A stretch of 64,000 nt of DNA from Eledone cirrhosa (GCA_964016885.1 OZ024747.1:82832001-82896000); one strand, 5' to 3'; counted from the stretch's first letter, positions 14,600 through 28,660 are shown. The notes: generated by a model not told the origin, from the letters alone. Numbers and translations are program-made.

Positions 14600-14992
14600 T
14601 TATTTTACAGTGGATTGGCAGTATCGCTAGAGGGTCAGACGCCATGCTTTCCAGCATAGTTACGTCCTTTTACGGTCTGAGTTCAAATCCCGCCGAGGTT
14701 AACTTTACCTTTCATCCTTACCGGGTCGATAAAATAAAGTACCAGTAATGAACTGGGTAATTGCTGGCCTTGTGCCAAAAGTAAAAACAATTATTTTACA
14801 GTGGATTGGCAGTATCGGTAGAGGGTCGGACACCATGCTTTGCAGCAAAGAGTTACGGCCCTTTATGGTCTGAGTTCAAATCCCGCTGAAGTTAAATTTG
14901 CCTTTCATCCTTATGGGGTCGATGAAATAAATTACCAGTTATGCACTGGGATAATTGCTGGCCTTGTGCCAAAAGTAGAAATAATTATTTTA
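14600..14992 (+). mobile_element. tandem pair of SINE family 1 copies (~190-bp unit)
   Basis: attattttacag-tggattggcagtatcg occurs at ~14599 and ~14790; attattttacag recurs at ~14984. Confidence 0.9.
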
Positions 14993-15169
14993 CAGGTCTC
15001 AGTCATGGAATTGGAGTTGTGCTGGAGCCCCGCCCTCAAAGGTTTCTTCCAGATGTCATCAAACTGGTAGATATCGACCACCAAGGATCAATGGAGCTAC
15101 CCAAGAGGTTGAATATTGAACGTTTCTGTCAAAAGCCGACATTTGTATAAGAAATTAAAATACATTAAA

Positions 15170-15360
15170 TAATTGTTTCTACTTTTGGCACAAGGCCAGC
15201 AATTACCCAGTACATTACTGGTACTTTATTTTATCGACCCCGTATGGATGAAAGGCAAAGTTAACCTTGGCGGGATTTGAAATCAGATCATAAAGAGACA
15301 TAACTATGCTAGAAAGCATGGCGTCCGACCCTCTACCGATACTGCCAATTCACCGCCCTA
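15170..15360 (-). mobile_element. SINE family 1, full length; its head seeds the 45-bp array
   Basis: aattgtttctacttttggcacaaggcc...gcgggatttgaaatcag...ccgatactgccaattcaccgccc. Confidence 0.92.
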
Positions 15361-17609
15361 GCATGGCGTCCAACCCTCTACCGATACTGCCAATTCACCG
15401 CCCTAACATGGCGTCCAACCCTCTACCGATACTGCCAATTCACCGCCCTAGCATGGCGTCCAACCCTCTACCGATACTGCCAATTCACCGCCCTAGCATG
15501 GCGTCCAACCCTCTACCGGTACTGCCAATTCACCGCCCTAACATGGCGTCCAACCCTCTACCGATACTGCCAATTCACCGCCCTAACATGGCGTCCGACC
15601 CTCTACCGATACTGCCAATTCACCGCCCTAACATGGCGTCCAACCCTCTACCGATACTGCCAATTCACCGCCCTAACATGGCGTCCAACCCTCTACCGAT
15701 ACTGCCAATCCACCGCCCTAGCATGGCGTCCGACCCTCTACCGATACTGCCAATTCACCGCCCTAACATGGCGTCCAACCCTCTACCGATACTGCCAATT
15801 CACCGCCCTAACATGGCGTCCAACCCTCTACCGATACTGCCAATTCACCGCCCTAACATGGCGTCCGACCCTCTACCGATACTGCCAATTCACCGCCCTA
15901 ACATGGCGTCCAACCCTCTACCGATACTGCCAATTCACCGCCCTAACATGGCGTCCAACCCTCTACCGATACTGCCAATTCACCGCCCTAACATGGCGTC
16001 CAACCCTCTACCGATACTGCCAATTCACCGCCCTAACATGGCGTCCAACCCTCTACCGATACTGCCAATTCACCGCCCTAACATGGCGTCCAACCCTCTA
16101 CCGATACTGCCAATTCACCGCCCTAACATGGCGTCCAACCCTCTACCGATACTGCCAATTCACCGCCCTAACATGGCGTCCAACCCTCTACCGATACTGC
16201 CAATTCACCGCCCTAACATGGCGTCCGACCCTCTACCGATACTGCCAATTCACCGCCCTAACATGGCGTCCGACCCTCTACCGATACTGCCAATTCACCG
16301 ACCTAACATGGCGTCCAACCCTCTACCGATACTGCCAATTCACCGCCCTAACATGGCGTCCAACCCTCTACCGATACTGCCAATTCACCGCCCTAACATG
16401 GCGTCCAACCCTCTACCGATACTGCCAATTCACCGCCCTAACATGGCGTCCAACCCTCTACCGATACTGCCAATTCACCGCCCTAACATGGCGTCCAACC
16501 CTCTACCGATACTGCCAATTCACCGCCCTAACATGGCGTCCAACCCTCTACCGATACTGCCAATTCACCGCCCTAACATGGCGTCCAAACCTCTACCGAT
16601 ACTGCCAATTCACCGCCCTAACATGGCGTCCAACCCTCTACCGATACTGCCAATTCACCGCCCTAACATGGCGTCCAACCCTCTACCGATACTGCCAATT
16701 CACCGCCCTAACATGGCGTCCAACCCTCTACCGATACTGCCAATTCACCGCCCTAACATGGCGTCCAACCCTCTACCGATACTGCCAATTCACCGCCCTA
16801 ACATGGCGTCCAACCCTCTACCGATACTGCCAATTCACCGCCCTAACATGGCGTCCAACCCTCTACCGATACTGCCAATTCACCGCCCTAACATGGCGTC
16901 CAACCCTCTACCGATACTGCCAATTCACCGCCCTAACATGGCGTCCAACCCTCTACCGATACTGCCAATTCACCGCCCTAACATGGCGTCCAACCCTCTA
17001 CCGATACTGCCAATTCACCGCCCTAACATGGCGTCCAACCCTCTACCGATACTGCCAATTCACCGCCCTAACATGGCGTCCAACCCTCTACCGATACTGC
17101 CAATTCACCGCCCTAACATGGCGTCCAACCCTCTACCAATACTGCCAATTCACCGCCCTAACATGGCGTCCAACCCTCTACCGATACTGCCAATTCACCG
17201 CCCTAACATGGCGTCCAACCCTCTACCGATACTGCCAATTCACCGCCCTAACATGGCGTCCAACCCTCTACCGATACTGCCAATTCACCGCCCTAACATG
17301 GCGTCCAACCCTCTACCGATACTGCCAATTCACCGCCCTAACATGGCGTCCAACCCTCTACCGATACTGCCAATTCACCGCCCTAACATGGCGTCCAACC
17401 CTCTACCGATACTGCCAATTCACCGCCCTAACATGGCGTCCAACCCTCTACCGATACTGCCAATTCACCGCCCTAACATGGCGTCCAACCCTCTACCGAT
17501 ACTGCCAATTCACCGCCCTAACATGGCGTCCAACCCTCTACCGATACTGCCAATTCACCGCCCTAACATGGCGTCCAACCCTCTACCGATACTGCCAATT
17601 CACCGCCCT
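15317..17609 (-). repeat. 45-bp tandem array, ~51 copies, derived from SINE 5' head (A box)
   Basis: Unit catggcgtccaaccctctaccgatactgccaattcaccgccctaa is the reverse complement of the SINE head ttagggcggtgaattggcagtatcggtagagggttggacgccatg. Confidence 0.97.
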
Positions 17610-17918
17610 CGTTAAATAATACAATAAAATACATCTTGTCTATAATTAGTTCTTATTTTCTTTAGATTCTGTTGACTGATTTATTTACGTACATACCCAG
17701 GGTTGGTGGTCTAAAACTTTTGTGGATCCCTGGCTTAATTCTTCATATTGCTCTCAGTTTTAGTTTTATCGGTGTCTGTTTATCGAATGACTAAGTTATG
17801 GAGTGTAAACAACACAGTTTTGTAGTAGCTTAAATATAAAGACACGCGCATATAAATTCATATAAACGTACATACATACATACATACATACATACAGGTG
17901 CGTGTGTGTGTGTGTGCG

Positions 17919-17991
<73 letters not shown>

Positions 17992-18014
17992 ACGCGCTCA
18001 TACACTGAAACATG

Positions 18015-19676
18015 TACGCCAGGTCACCACACAGTATCTCTCTACAAAATGTCCACTCCCGAAACAGTAGTAACCTTGAGACTATTGTAGAATTAACTTG
18101 CCCAAGGTTAGACTCCCATATAGTGGGCCGAACCACGAACCACGAACCACCCGGTTGTAATGTGAACCACCCGGTTGTAATGTGAACCACCCGGTTGTAA
18201 TGTGAACCACACAGTTGTAATGTGAACCACATGGTTGTAATGTGAACCACACGGTTGTAATGTGAACCACACGGTTGTAATGTGAACCACACAGTTGTAA
18301 TGTGAACCACACGGTTGTAATGTGAACCACACGGTTGTAATGTGAACCACACGGTTGTAATGTGAACCACACGGTTGTAATGTGAACCACACGGTTGTAA
18401 TGTGAACCACCCGGTTGTAATGTGAACCACCCGGTTGTAATGTGAACCACACAGTTGTAATGTGAACCACACGGTTGTAATGTGAACCACACGGTTGTAA
18501 TGGGAACGACACGGTTGTAATGTGAACCACACGGTTGTAATGTGAACCACACGGTTGTAATGTGAACCACACAGTTGTAATGTGAACCACACGGTTGTAA
18601 TGTGAACCACACGGTTGTAATGTGAACCACCCGGTTGTAATGTGAACCACACGGTTGTAATGTGAACCACACGGTTGTAATGTGAACCACACGGTTGTAA
18701 TGTGAACCACACGGTTGTAATGTGAACCACACGGTTGTAATGTGAACCACACAGTTGTAATGTGAACCACACGGTTGTAATGTGAACCACACGGTTGTAA
18801 TGTGAACCACACAGTTGTAATGTGAACCACACAGTTGTAATGTGAACCACACAGTTGTAATGTGGACTACACGGTTGTAATGTGAACCACACGGTTGTAA
18901 TGTGAACCACACGGTTGTAATGTGAACCACACGGTTGTAATGTGAACCACACGGTTGTAATGTGAACCACACGGTTGTAATGTGAACCACACGGTTGTAA
19001 TGTGAACCACACAGTTGTAATGTGAACCACACGGTTGTAATGTGAACCACACGGTTGTAATGTGAACCACACAGTTGTAATGTGAACCACACAGTTGTAA
19101 TGTGAACCACACAGTTGTAATGTGAACTACACGGTTGTAATGTGAACCACACGGTCGTAATGTGAACCACACGGTTGTAATGTGAACCACCCGGTTGTAA
19201 TGTGAACCACACGGTTGTAATGTGAACCACACGGTTGTAATGTGAACCACCCGGTTGTAATGTGAACACACGGTTGTAATGTGAACCACCCGGTTGTAAT
19301 GTGAACACACGGTTGTAATGTGAACCACACGGTTGTAATGGGAACGACACGGTTGTAATGTGAACACACGGTTGTAATGTGAACCACACGGTTGTAATGG
19401 GAACGACACGGTTGTAATGTGAACACACGGTTGTAATGTGAACCACCCGGTTGTAATGTGAACACACGGTTGTAATGTGAACCACACGGTTGTAATGTGA
19501 ACCACCCGGTTGTAATGTGAACACACGGTTGTAATGTGAACCACACGGTTGTAATGTGAACCACACGGTTGTAATGTGAACCACACGGTTGTAATGTGAA
19601 CCACCCGGTTGTAATGTGAACACACGGTTGTAATGTGAACCACCCGGTTGTAATGTGAACGACCATTCCTACACCT
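18015..19676 (-). mobile_element. CORE-type SINE (family 3) split by an internal satellite expansion
   Basis: Minus strand: head ggtgtaggaatggtcg, then the array, then B-box-like ggttcggcccact, CORE-like accttgggcaagtt.ttctacaatagtctc and tail gagtggacattttgtagagagatactg. Confidence 0.7.
18144..19660. repeat. 20-bp tandem array, ~76 copies
   Basis: Unit gaaccacacggttgtaatgt; 19-bp variants (gaacacacgg) after ~19260. Confidence 0.97.
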
Positions 19677-19714
19677 ATATTGTTTAGAAACATTGCTAAT
19701 ATTTTACGTGATAA

Positions 19715-19924
19715 TGGTTTCTGATTTAGGCACTAGGCCAGCAATTGGGGGGAGAAGGGCAAGTCTATTAAATCGGCCCCAGTGCATTACTGGTACTTTA
19801 TTTTATCGACCCCGTAAGGATGAAAGACAAAGTTAACCTCGGCGGGATTTGACCTCAGATCATAAAGGGACGTAACTATACTACAAAGCATGGCGTCCGA
19901 CCCTCTACCGATACAGCCAACCCA
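19715..19924 (-). mobile_element. SINE family 1
   Basis: ggcactaggccagcaatt...ttaacctcggcgggatttgacctcag...ccctctaccgatacagccaa. Confidence 0.9.
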
Positions 19925-20289
19925 ACAGGATAATGAGGCTACAGTTGACCGAATTATATCCACTATGAAAAGCCTTATGAGTGATCGGAGTAAGATTTCG
20001 CTGTTGTTTCTAGCTATCTAAGCGACCATATAGCTGTTCTGTCCTTTGTCCTTTGACGACGATGTTGCTGCTGTTGTTGTTGATGATGATACTATTGTTG
20101 GTGTGGTGGTTATTGCTCCCTGGGTAGTTGTTGCTACAACAGTGCTGCTTACATAACCGAAAAAACTTTAATCAATCGATCGATCTATCGATCTATCGAT
20201 CCATTGTTCGATCAATAAACAATGAGTAACAGGAGTAGGAGGGTGGTGGTAGTGCAGAGGGTAAGGAATCACAATCAACATTTCAATAG

Positions 20290-21050
20290 GTGGTGGTGGT
20301 GGTGGTGATGGTGGTGATGATGGTGGTGATGGTGGTGGTGATGGTGGTGATGGTGGTGATGGTAGTGGTGGTGGTGGTGGTGGTGGTGATGGTGGTGATG
20401 ATGGTGATGGTGGTGATGGTGGTGATGGTGGTGGTGGTGGTGGTGGTGGTGGCGGTGATGGTGGTGATGATGGTGGTGATGGTGGTGGTGATGGTGGTGA
20501 TGGTGGTGATGATGGTGGTGATGATGGTGGTGATGGTGGTGGTGGTGGTGGTGGTGGTGGTGGTGGTGGTGGTGGTGGTGGTGGTGGTGGTGGTGATGGT
20601 GGTGATGATGGTGATGGTGGTGATGGTGGTGATGGTGGTGGTGGTGGTGGTGGTGGTGGCGGTGATGGTGGTGATGATGGTGGTGATGGTGGTGGTGATG
20701 GTGGTGGTGGTGGTGATGGTAGTGGTGGTGGTGGTGGTGGTGGTGATGGTGGTGATGATGGTGATGGTGGTGATGGTGGTGATGGTGGTGGTGGTGGTGG
20801 TGGTGGTGGTGGCGGTGATGGTGGTGATGATGGTGGTGATGGTGGTGGTGATGGTGGTGATGGTGGTGATGATGGTGGTGATGATGGTGGTGATGGTGGT
20901 GGTGGTGGTGGTGGTGGTGGTGGTGGTGGTGGTGGTGGTGGTGGTGGTATAGTGTGCTGTGATTTGGGTTGTGTGATGGTGGTGATGGTGGTGGTGGTGG
21001 TGGTGGTGGTGGTGGTGGTGGTGGTGGTGGTGGTGGTGGTGGTGGTGATG
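20290..21050. repeat. (GGT/GAT)n compound trinucleotide tract with internal block duplications
   Basis: ggcggtgatggtggtgatga block recurs at ~20451, 20658 and 20811. Confidence 0.95.
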
Positions 21051-21454
21051 GAGAGGGGGTGTAGTGTGTTGTGAGTTGGGTTGTAGTGTGCTGGTGTTGG
21101 TGGTGGTGTTGGTTGTGATGTAGTGAGCTATGGTGACATATGATGTAGTGTATTGTAGTTGTGATGTGTGTATGGTGTGGTGCAGTTGCGTTGTGTGGTG
21201 TTGTGATGAAGTGTGGAGTAGTGTAGTGGATGGTGGTGTGGAGTAGTGTAGTGGATTGGGTAGTATAGTTGTGTTGTGTGCTGTGCTGTAATGGTGTGGT
21301 GTGGTGTGGTGTTATATAAGGTCTGGTGTGATGTGGGGTTTGTTGGTAACGTAAGATGGTGTGAAATGGCGGTGATTGTGTATGGTGTGAAGTGATGGTG
21401 GTACTGTTTGGTGTGGAGTCACGATGAGACTGGTATTGAGTTGTGGTGATTATA

Positions 21455-21622
21455 TGGTGTGGAGTGAAGGTGATATTGTATGGTGTGGAGTGAAGGTGAT
21501 ACTGTATGGTGTGGAGTGACGGTGATACTGTATGGTGTGGAGTGAAGGTGATACTGTATGGTGTGGAGTGAAGGTGATACTGTATGGTGTAGAGTGAAGG
21601 TGATACTGTATGGTGTGGAGTA
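21455..21622. repeat. 26-bp minisatellite, ~6.5 copies
   Basis: Unit ggtgtggagtgaaggtgatactgtat, decaying into flanks. Confidence 0.9.
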
Positions 21623-22125
21623 GAGTTGTACTGTGTGTGGAGTGGAGGTATAGTGTATGGCGTGGAATAGATATGAGTCTATATGGTCTGGAAAAAAGAT
21701 GATACTGTATGGTTTGGAGTAGAGGTGGTGTGGTGTGGTGTGGAGTGCTGGTGGTATGGTGTGGTGTGGAGTGCTGGTGGTGTGGTGTGGTGTGGAGTAA
21801 AAGTAGTACTGTATGGCGTGACTGTAGGTGAGCAGGCATTGAGTGGGTGTGAGACTGTATGGTCTGGAGTTGAGTGTGGTGCAGAGTGGATCTGGTACCG
21901 TCTGGTGCGGAGTGAAAATAGTACCGCATGGCGTGAAATGGAAGTTGTAGTGTTTGACGTGGAGTGGAGCTGAGAAATGGACTGTGTCCTTCTCCGTTAC
22001 CCTTACCCAATCTTGAACCACCTAGTGAGATCGAACTCGACATAAAGTGGTTGTAAACTGTACTTTAACCAGACAGCCATGCCTACGCCTACAGACCCAC
22101 CCACACACACACACACGCATATATA

Positions 22126-22320
22126 TAACAAAGAGAGTGTGGTAAGGAACCAGGTGTACCATAACGCTCGATAAGTACTCGATACTTAGGGTAGTAGAGT
22201 GGGTAATAGAAAAAGAGTCAGGATCCCGACGGCTGAGCTCCGGCCGTTTCGATAGTTAGATCCGAACTAGCTGTCGAAACGGCTGGAGCTCAGCCGTTGG
22301 GGTCCTGACTCTTTTCCTAT
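22126..22320 (-). mobile_element. family B element with long fold-back
   Basis: Arms 22206-22251 and 22274-22320; gtcGAAACGGCTGgagctCAGCCGT(t)ggggtc; TA flanks. Confidence 0.82.
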
Positions 22321-22745
22321 ATATATATATATATATACTTCACCCACGTTTATACCAATGGGTATGTCTGTACATATACATGTATTTATATATTATTATT
22401 TGTTGGTCTTGTCAATTCATTGCATCCATCCATACACGGCCATATATATATATATATGTATGTATATATATGTGTTTCTGTGTGCATATGTATGTATATA
22501 TGTGGTTGTCACTCTTTCAAGATATGCTATATATATATATATATACACTCACAGACACGTATTCACACGTGCGTTTGTGTTTTGTGTATGTATGCATGTG
22601 TATTTACATATACACAATCTCACATGCATGTATTTGAAATATAGAAGTATACTTGCATGTACGGACATATGTTCGTTCACTCCGCCTTATATAAGAGAGA
22701 TGGGCGGGGAGAGATGCGTAAGAGAGAGCGAGGGAGGGATAGATA

Positions 22746-22827
<82 letters not shown>

Positions 22828-23047
22828 GAAAGAGTGTGATGGAGCAAAGATATTTTATCCCGACCCAAACCTAACCTACACACCCCTATCTTCTGACCTA
22901 CTCTATTTACACGATTTGATCCAATTCGATCCGACTAAGTCCGATACTCATTTGCTTTGCTCCTTGTCTATCTCTTTATCTCTGTCTTTCTCAATCTATC
23001 TATTTAGCAATCTATGTGTAAAACCATGTAGTTATATATATAAAAAT

Positions 23048-23330
23048 AAAAGTCTAAAGTCTGTCTTAAGCCAGAAGGCTCATTTGGCCGGAGCTTATCC
23101 CGGTTTCATGGCGTGAAGCGACTGAGAGTACAAGACTCCCCCCTGGACAGGACGCCAGTCCATCGCAGGGTTAAACCTCCAGCTATTGCTGGTACTCATT
23201 TTCAGCTGAGTATACTGGAGCAACGTGAAATGAAGTGTTTTGCTCAAGAACACAACACGCAATCCAGGAATCGAGCCCACGACATTATGATCGTAAGTCC
23301 AGCACCCTTACCACTAGGCCACTTGCCTCC
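23048..23330 (-). mobile_element. full-length tRNA-derived SINE (family 2) with CORE-like and V-like segments
   Basis: A box gtggcctagtggtaag, B box ggctcgattcc, CORE-like tgtgttcttgagcaaaacact..tcagctgaaaatgagtacc, V-like ccctgcgatggactggcgtcctgtccaggg, tail aaaccgggataagctccggcc..(agacttt)2. Fragments at ~27825-27945, 29720-29855, 36755-36878, 44215-44325. Confidence 0.88.
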
Positions 23331-23335
23331 ACAGT

Positions 23336-23399
<64 letters not shown>

Positions 23400-23597
23400 A
23401 ACACACACATATAGCACGCTTTTTCTTCCCTTGTAACCAGCCTTTGAATCAGAATCCCGCAAATATTCGTCATCACACATTCTCATTCATACATACACAC
23501 TTACACACGAACGTAAGCACATACACACCTCTAATGAAATTACATCATTCTTTAACAAATTAGATATTTGGTGAACGTGGAATACTTCAACAGCAGT

Positions 23598-23826
23598 AAC
23601 AACAACTACCACCACCACCACCACCACTACTACTACCACCACCACCTCTACTACTACTACCACCACCACCACTACTACTACTACTACCACCACCAACACC
23701 ACCACTACTACTACTACTACTATCACCACCACTACTACCACCACCACCACTACTACTACTACTACTATCACCACCACTACTACCACCACCACCACTACTA
23801 CCACCACCACCACCACCAACACCACC

Positions 23827-23858
<32 letters not shown>

Positions 23859-24365
23859 CACTACTACTACTACTACTATCACCACCACTACTACCACCAC
23901 CACCACTACTACTACTACCACCACCACCACTACTACTACTACTACCACTACAACCACCACCACCACTACTACTACTACTACCACCACCACCACCACCACT
24001 ACCACCACCACCACTACTACTACTACTACTACCACTACAACCACCACCACCACTACCACCACCACCACTACTACTACTACTACCACCACCACCACCACCA
24101 CTACCACCACCACCACTACTACTACTACTACTACCACTACAACCACCACCACCACTACCACCACCACCACTACTACTACTACCACCACCACCACCACCAC
24201 TACCACCACCACCACTACTACTACTACTACTACCACTACAACCACCACCACCACTACCACCACCACCACTACTACTACTACCACCACCACCACCACTACT
24301 ACCACTACTACTACCACTACTACCACCACCACTATTACTACAACTACTATTACTACTACTACAAT
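23598..24365. repeat. (CAC/TAC)n compound trinucleotide tract
   Basis: Direct reading. Confidence 0.97.
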
Positions 24366-24874
24366 AACTTTAACCACCTTAACAACAATATCGACTTCTT
24401 CAAACTGAGAACACGAAACAATGAGGGGTGGGAGAAAGAGAGAGAAAGAGGTGGGAAAGAGGAGAGTGAGAGGTGGGGAGATGAGGGTGTAGAGCGAGGG
24501 AAAGGCTGGGGAAAGATAAATGGAACAGATAAAGGGGGGGGGGAGAAGATAAAGAGGAGAAGTAAAGGAGAGAGAAAAAAGTGAGAAAGAGAAAAGGGAG
24601 AGAAAGAGAGGGAGAGAGGTGAGAAAGAGGGGAGGGGAGGGGGGGGGAGAAAGGAAGAGAGAAAATGGAGTAAAAAGGGGAGAGCGAGGGAATAGCTTCT
24701 ACATGGACAGTATGCCTGTTAGAAATAGTAGTTAAATATCTGATGAATTGTATTCCGGTTGTGGAGAAAAAGGGAGACGTTTTAGATAGTGTAGTCCTCG
24801 ATATAGAAAAGGGTGGGACGATCACGGCTGGAACGATTTAGATCAGAAGTCTGATCAATCTGACCAACACACAA

Positions 24875-24948
<74 letters not shown>

Positions 24949-25031
24949 GTTATTCCTGGTTGAATCGGAGGTAACCACAGTAACTAAGGTACTCAATACA
25001 TAACAGAGTAAAAAGTTTTAATATAAATGAG

Positions 25032-25078
25032 ATTCTACAGGACTAGAACTGTTTCATTCTTTAGAAATCATCAGGAAT
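25032..25078 (-). ncRNA. type I hammerhead ribozyme motif (family C)
   Basis: Minus strand: attc-CTGATGA-t-ttc taaa gaa-t-GAAA-cag ttctagtc ctg-TA^gaat; GUA triplet; 4-bp stem I; element 24943-25145 lies between TA tracts. Confidence 0.78.
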
Positions 25079-25479
25079 TCGGCTTTCCAAAATAAATGTT
25101 GTGGTATTTATATCTTTTCAGGTGGTAGTAGAGGGTATATATATATATAAGGATATTTGATAATGCAGTTATAGAATGGTAGTGTCTGAATTAATACAGA
25201 CAGGATGGTCATGACGGGATTGACAGGTCAGTCAACTTCAAGGTCTCTCGACATGTTAGAAACTGCAACTAAATATCCCACATATCAAACTTTACCATAA
25301 TAAAAACAACAACATAGAAATGGAAGGAAATACACATTATATAATGTAGTCTTATATAAATGAGACACTTAAACGGAAATATAAAATAGATATATAGTGT
25401 TGGTCGTGCTTGGAATGTCTTTGATCATGGATGGTCTTCTCAATCAAGTCTGACCGGTGGCTAAATAACAACATCGATA

Positions 25480-25672
25480 TCTAATTTAGGCACAAAGCCA
25501 GCAATTGGAGCGGCTTGCGAAAATCGATTGTATCAGCCACAGAAATTAACTGGTACTTTATTTAATCGACCTACAAATGATGAAAGGCAAAGGTGACCTC
25601 AGCAGGATTTGAACTCAGAACATAAAGAACCACCAGTAAATACTGCAAGGTATTTTAACCGACACTTTAACG
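25480..25672 (-). mobile_element. SINE family 1, diverged
   Basis: tgaaaggcaaaggtgacctcagcaggatttgaactcag. Confidence 0.8.
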
Positions 25673-25914
25673 ATGAATGTCTACAATATACTATAGTTAT
25701 TTTCCTCCGGACATGTTATGTGTGGGTTGTGGTAGTTTCACTGCAGCAACAAACCCTGTTATTACATGTAAAATACAATCAACAACCCAAACACACAGAC
25801 ACATCCAGAAATAGCGAACTACTAACATCAGCACACGAGGCTCTATGTCTGTCTTTTACAACTTTTCTCTGTCCCTCATTTATCCCACGTGTTAATTTGT
25901 GAGACACACACGCA

Positions 25915-25988
<74 letters not shown>

Positions 25989-26407
25989 TTATATATAACT
26001 CCGATATAAAACCTGCGGCTCAGTAGTTACCGATGATGTTGATCTTTTCTTCTTTTCGGGTTATAGCTACTATCGCTCAGAGAGTGGGATTGGCTCAGTG
26101 CACAGTCTTTCCTCGCTTTAAAAAATATCTTCACGCACAGGCATTGCACGATAGAATTAATTAATAATTATTAATAATGGTATATCGTGCAATGGCCATA
26201 CTCGATAACGAGGGGGCAGCCATCATGTATGTATAAAGTGAGAAAGAGTGGGAAAGAGAGCCAAATAGATAGATATTGTATAAATGTGTGTGTTGAATCT
26301 GTGTGTGTGTGTATGCGTTTGTTTGTTTGTTTGTTTATTTGTTTCAATCTAGTGATCTTGGTTGTCCAAAAGGAAAGCAGAACTCAATATTTATAATAGA
26401 GTAAATA

Positions 26408-26668
26408 CAGTGGAACCTCGATTCACGTATTAATATGTTCCTGAAAGCCGTACGAAATATTCAGAGAGAAATAGAGAGAGAGAGCGAGAAACTGTGTGTG
26501 AAAGACAGATAGATATCACCCTAGTAACTAACTACACAGCACGTGATGCTTTCGCGCCGATACTCCAAGCTTGTTACCAACCGTTGTTGCCGGCTTACGT
26601 GTTCGTTACTCGAGACACCATTCGTGAACTGAGACGTTATATGTTCGGAAAATTTTCCCCGAGCCGAT
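26408..26668 (+). mobile_element. pogo/Tigger-like MITE fragment
   Basis: TA-CAGTGGAACCTCG terminus typical of Tigger/pogo TIRs; right TIR not seen. Confidence 0.4.
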
Positions 26669-26675
26669 GTGTGTG

Positions 26676-26764
<89 letters not shown>

Positions 26765-26949
26765 ATTCACTATTCCACTGAAACGGATTATCGAAAAATC
26801 CATTCGTTTTGCTAAAATATCAACTATGTTGTAAGAAAGAATATGTAAACACACACACATATATATATATACATATATATATACGTATATATATATATAC
26901 ATATATATATATGTGTGTGTATATATATATATGTGTGTGTGTGTGTGTT

Positions 26950-26979
<30 letters not shown>

Positions 26980-26980
<1 letters not shown>

Positions 26981-27180
26981 TAACTACAGAGGTATTTTCT
27001 TCCAAAAAAAAATTATTTTCTCGTTTTCCTTTTTTTCTTACTTTCGCCTATCTTCCGATGGTAGACTAACGTCCGAAACATTCAGACTCTTTCCCCCACT
27101 ATATCCAGCGTTAAACTAATAATACACATATCATTGTACTGATTATTCCCCAGTGTTGTTATTCCTTGTTGATTTTCTCA
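26980..27180 (+). mobile_element. decayed pLTR-like element with mutated hammerhead core
   Basis: CCGATGG-tagactaacgtcc-GAAAC at 27055-27079; lies between (TA)n and (GT)n. Confidence 0.35.
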
Positions 27181-27941
27181 CGTGTGTGTGTGTGTGTGCA
27201 TTAGCTGGTGATGCATTCAGTAGCTTTCGATCAATTGAATACCTTCACGTTGCTGAGTATTGTTCCACAGACACGTGTTCCCTTGGTGTAATTCCCAGAA
27301 TTACAGGCACAAGAAAGAGACGGGGAGAGAATCGATACGAATACTGTAATGGTACTTTATCGACACCAACAGGATGAATGGTAAAGTTGACCTCGTTGAA
27401 ATTTGAACTTAGTAAACAGAGATTTGAAACTTAATGCCGGAAAGCATTTTGTCTGGCTTTCCAACGAATCTGACAATTTCCCGCCTTCGGTTGTCTTCTC
27501 TGTCTGTCTGTCTGTGTGTGAGTGGGTGGGGGTGGGGTGGGGTGAAAACTGCCTTCCACATTCATGAGTTTTGTTACACTTGATGAGAATTTAAAATTGT
27601 TTATATATATTACTAAGCGGAGAATGAGTTGGCAAGCTGCACCACTGTAAAACATTGGATAATATACTCCTAGATAAACTAATGTCTGAAATTAACGATG
27701 TATGTGTGCATGTGTCTGTGTGTATAAATATATATATATATATATCTTAAACGATCGACTTTCGTCAAATCGGACCGCGGTAACAATGTTTCCGTTGGTC
27801 TTTCCAATTGCAACTCCAGGTAGAAGGAGCAACGTGAAATAAAGTGTCTTGCTCAAGGAGATAACGCATCGCCCGGTCCAGGAATCGAACTCACAACCTC
27901 AAGATTGTGAATCCAATTCTCTAACCACTCAGCCACACGTC

Positions 27942-27989
<48 letters not shown>

Positions 27990-28047
27990 ATTTACGATGA
28001 TATGTATATCAATCACATATCAATCAGATTTACGATGTTTAAAGTTA

Positions 28048-28660
<613 letters not shown>

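Noticed and set aside
15306-17615. 769-aa ORF of MASNPLPILPIHRPN repeats
   Set aside because: Translation of a 45-bp SINE-derived array (multiple of 3, no stop in this frame); no unique coding sequence.
15317-19660. CRISPR-like appearance of regular repeats
   Set aside because: No unique spacers, no cas genes, eukaryotic context.
23255-23330. tRNA gene
   Set aside because: The A/B boxes belong to a SINE head; no acceptor stem or terminator, and it continues into a SINE body.
20290-24584. Poly-Val, His/Tyr-rich and similar ORFs (also 1238-1840, 32663-33161, 54692-56961)
   Set aside because: Trinucleotide and dinucleotide repeat translations.
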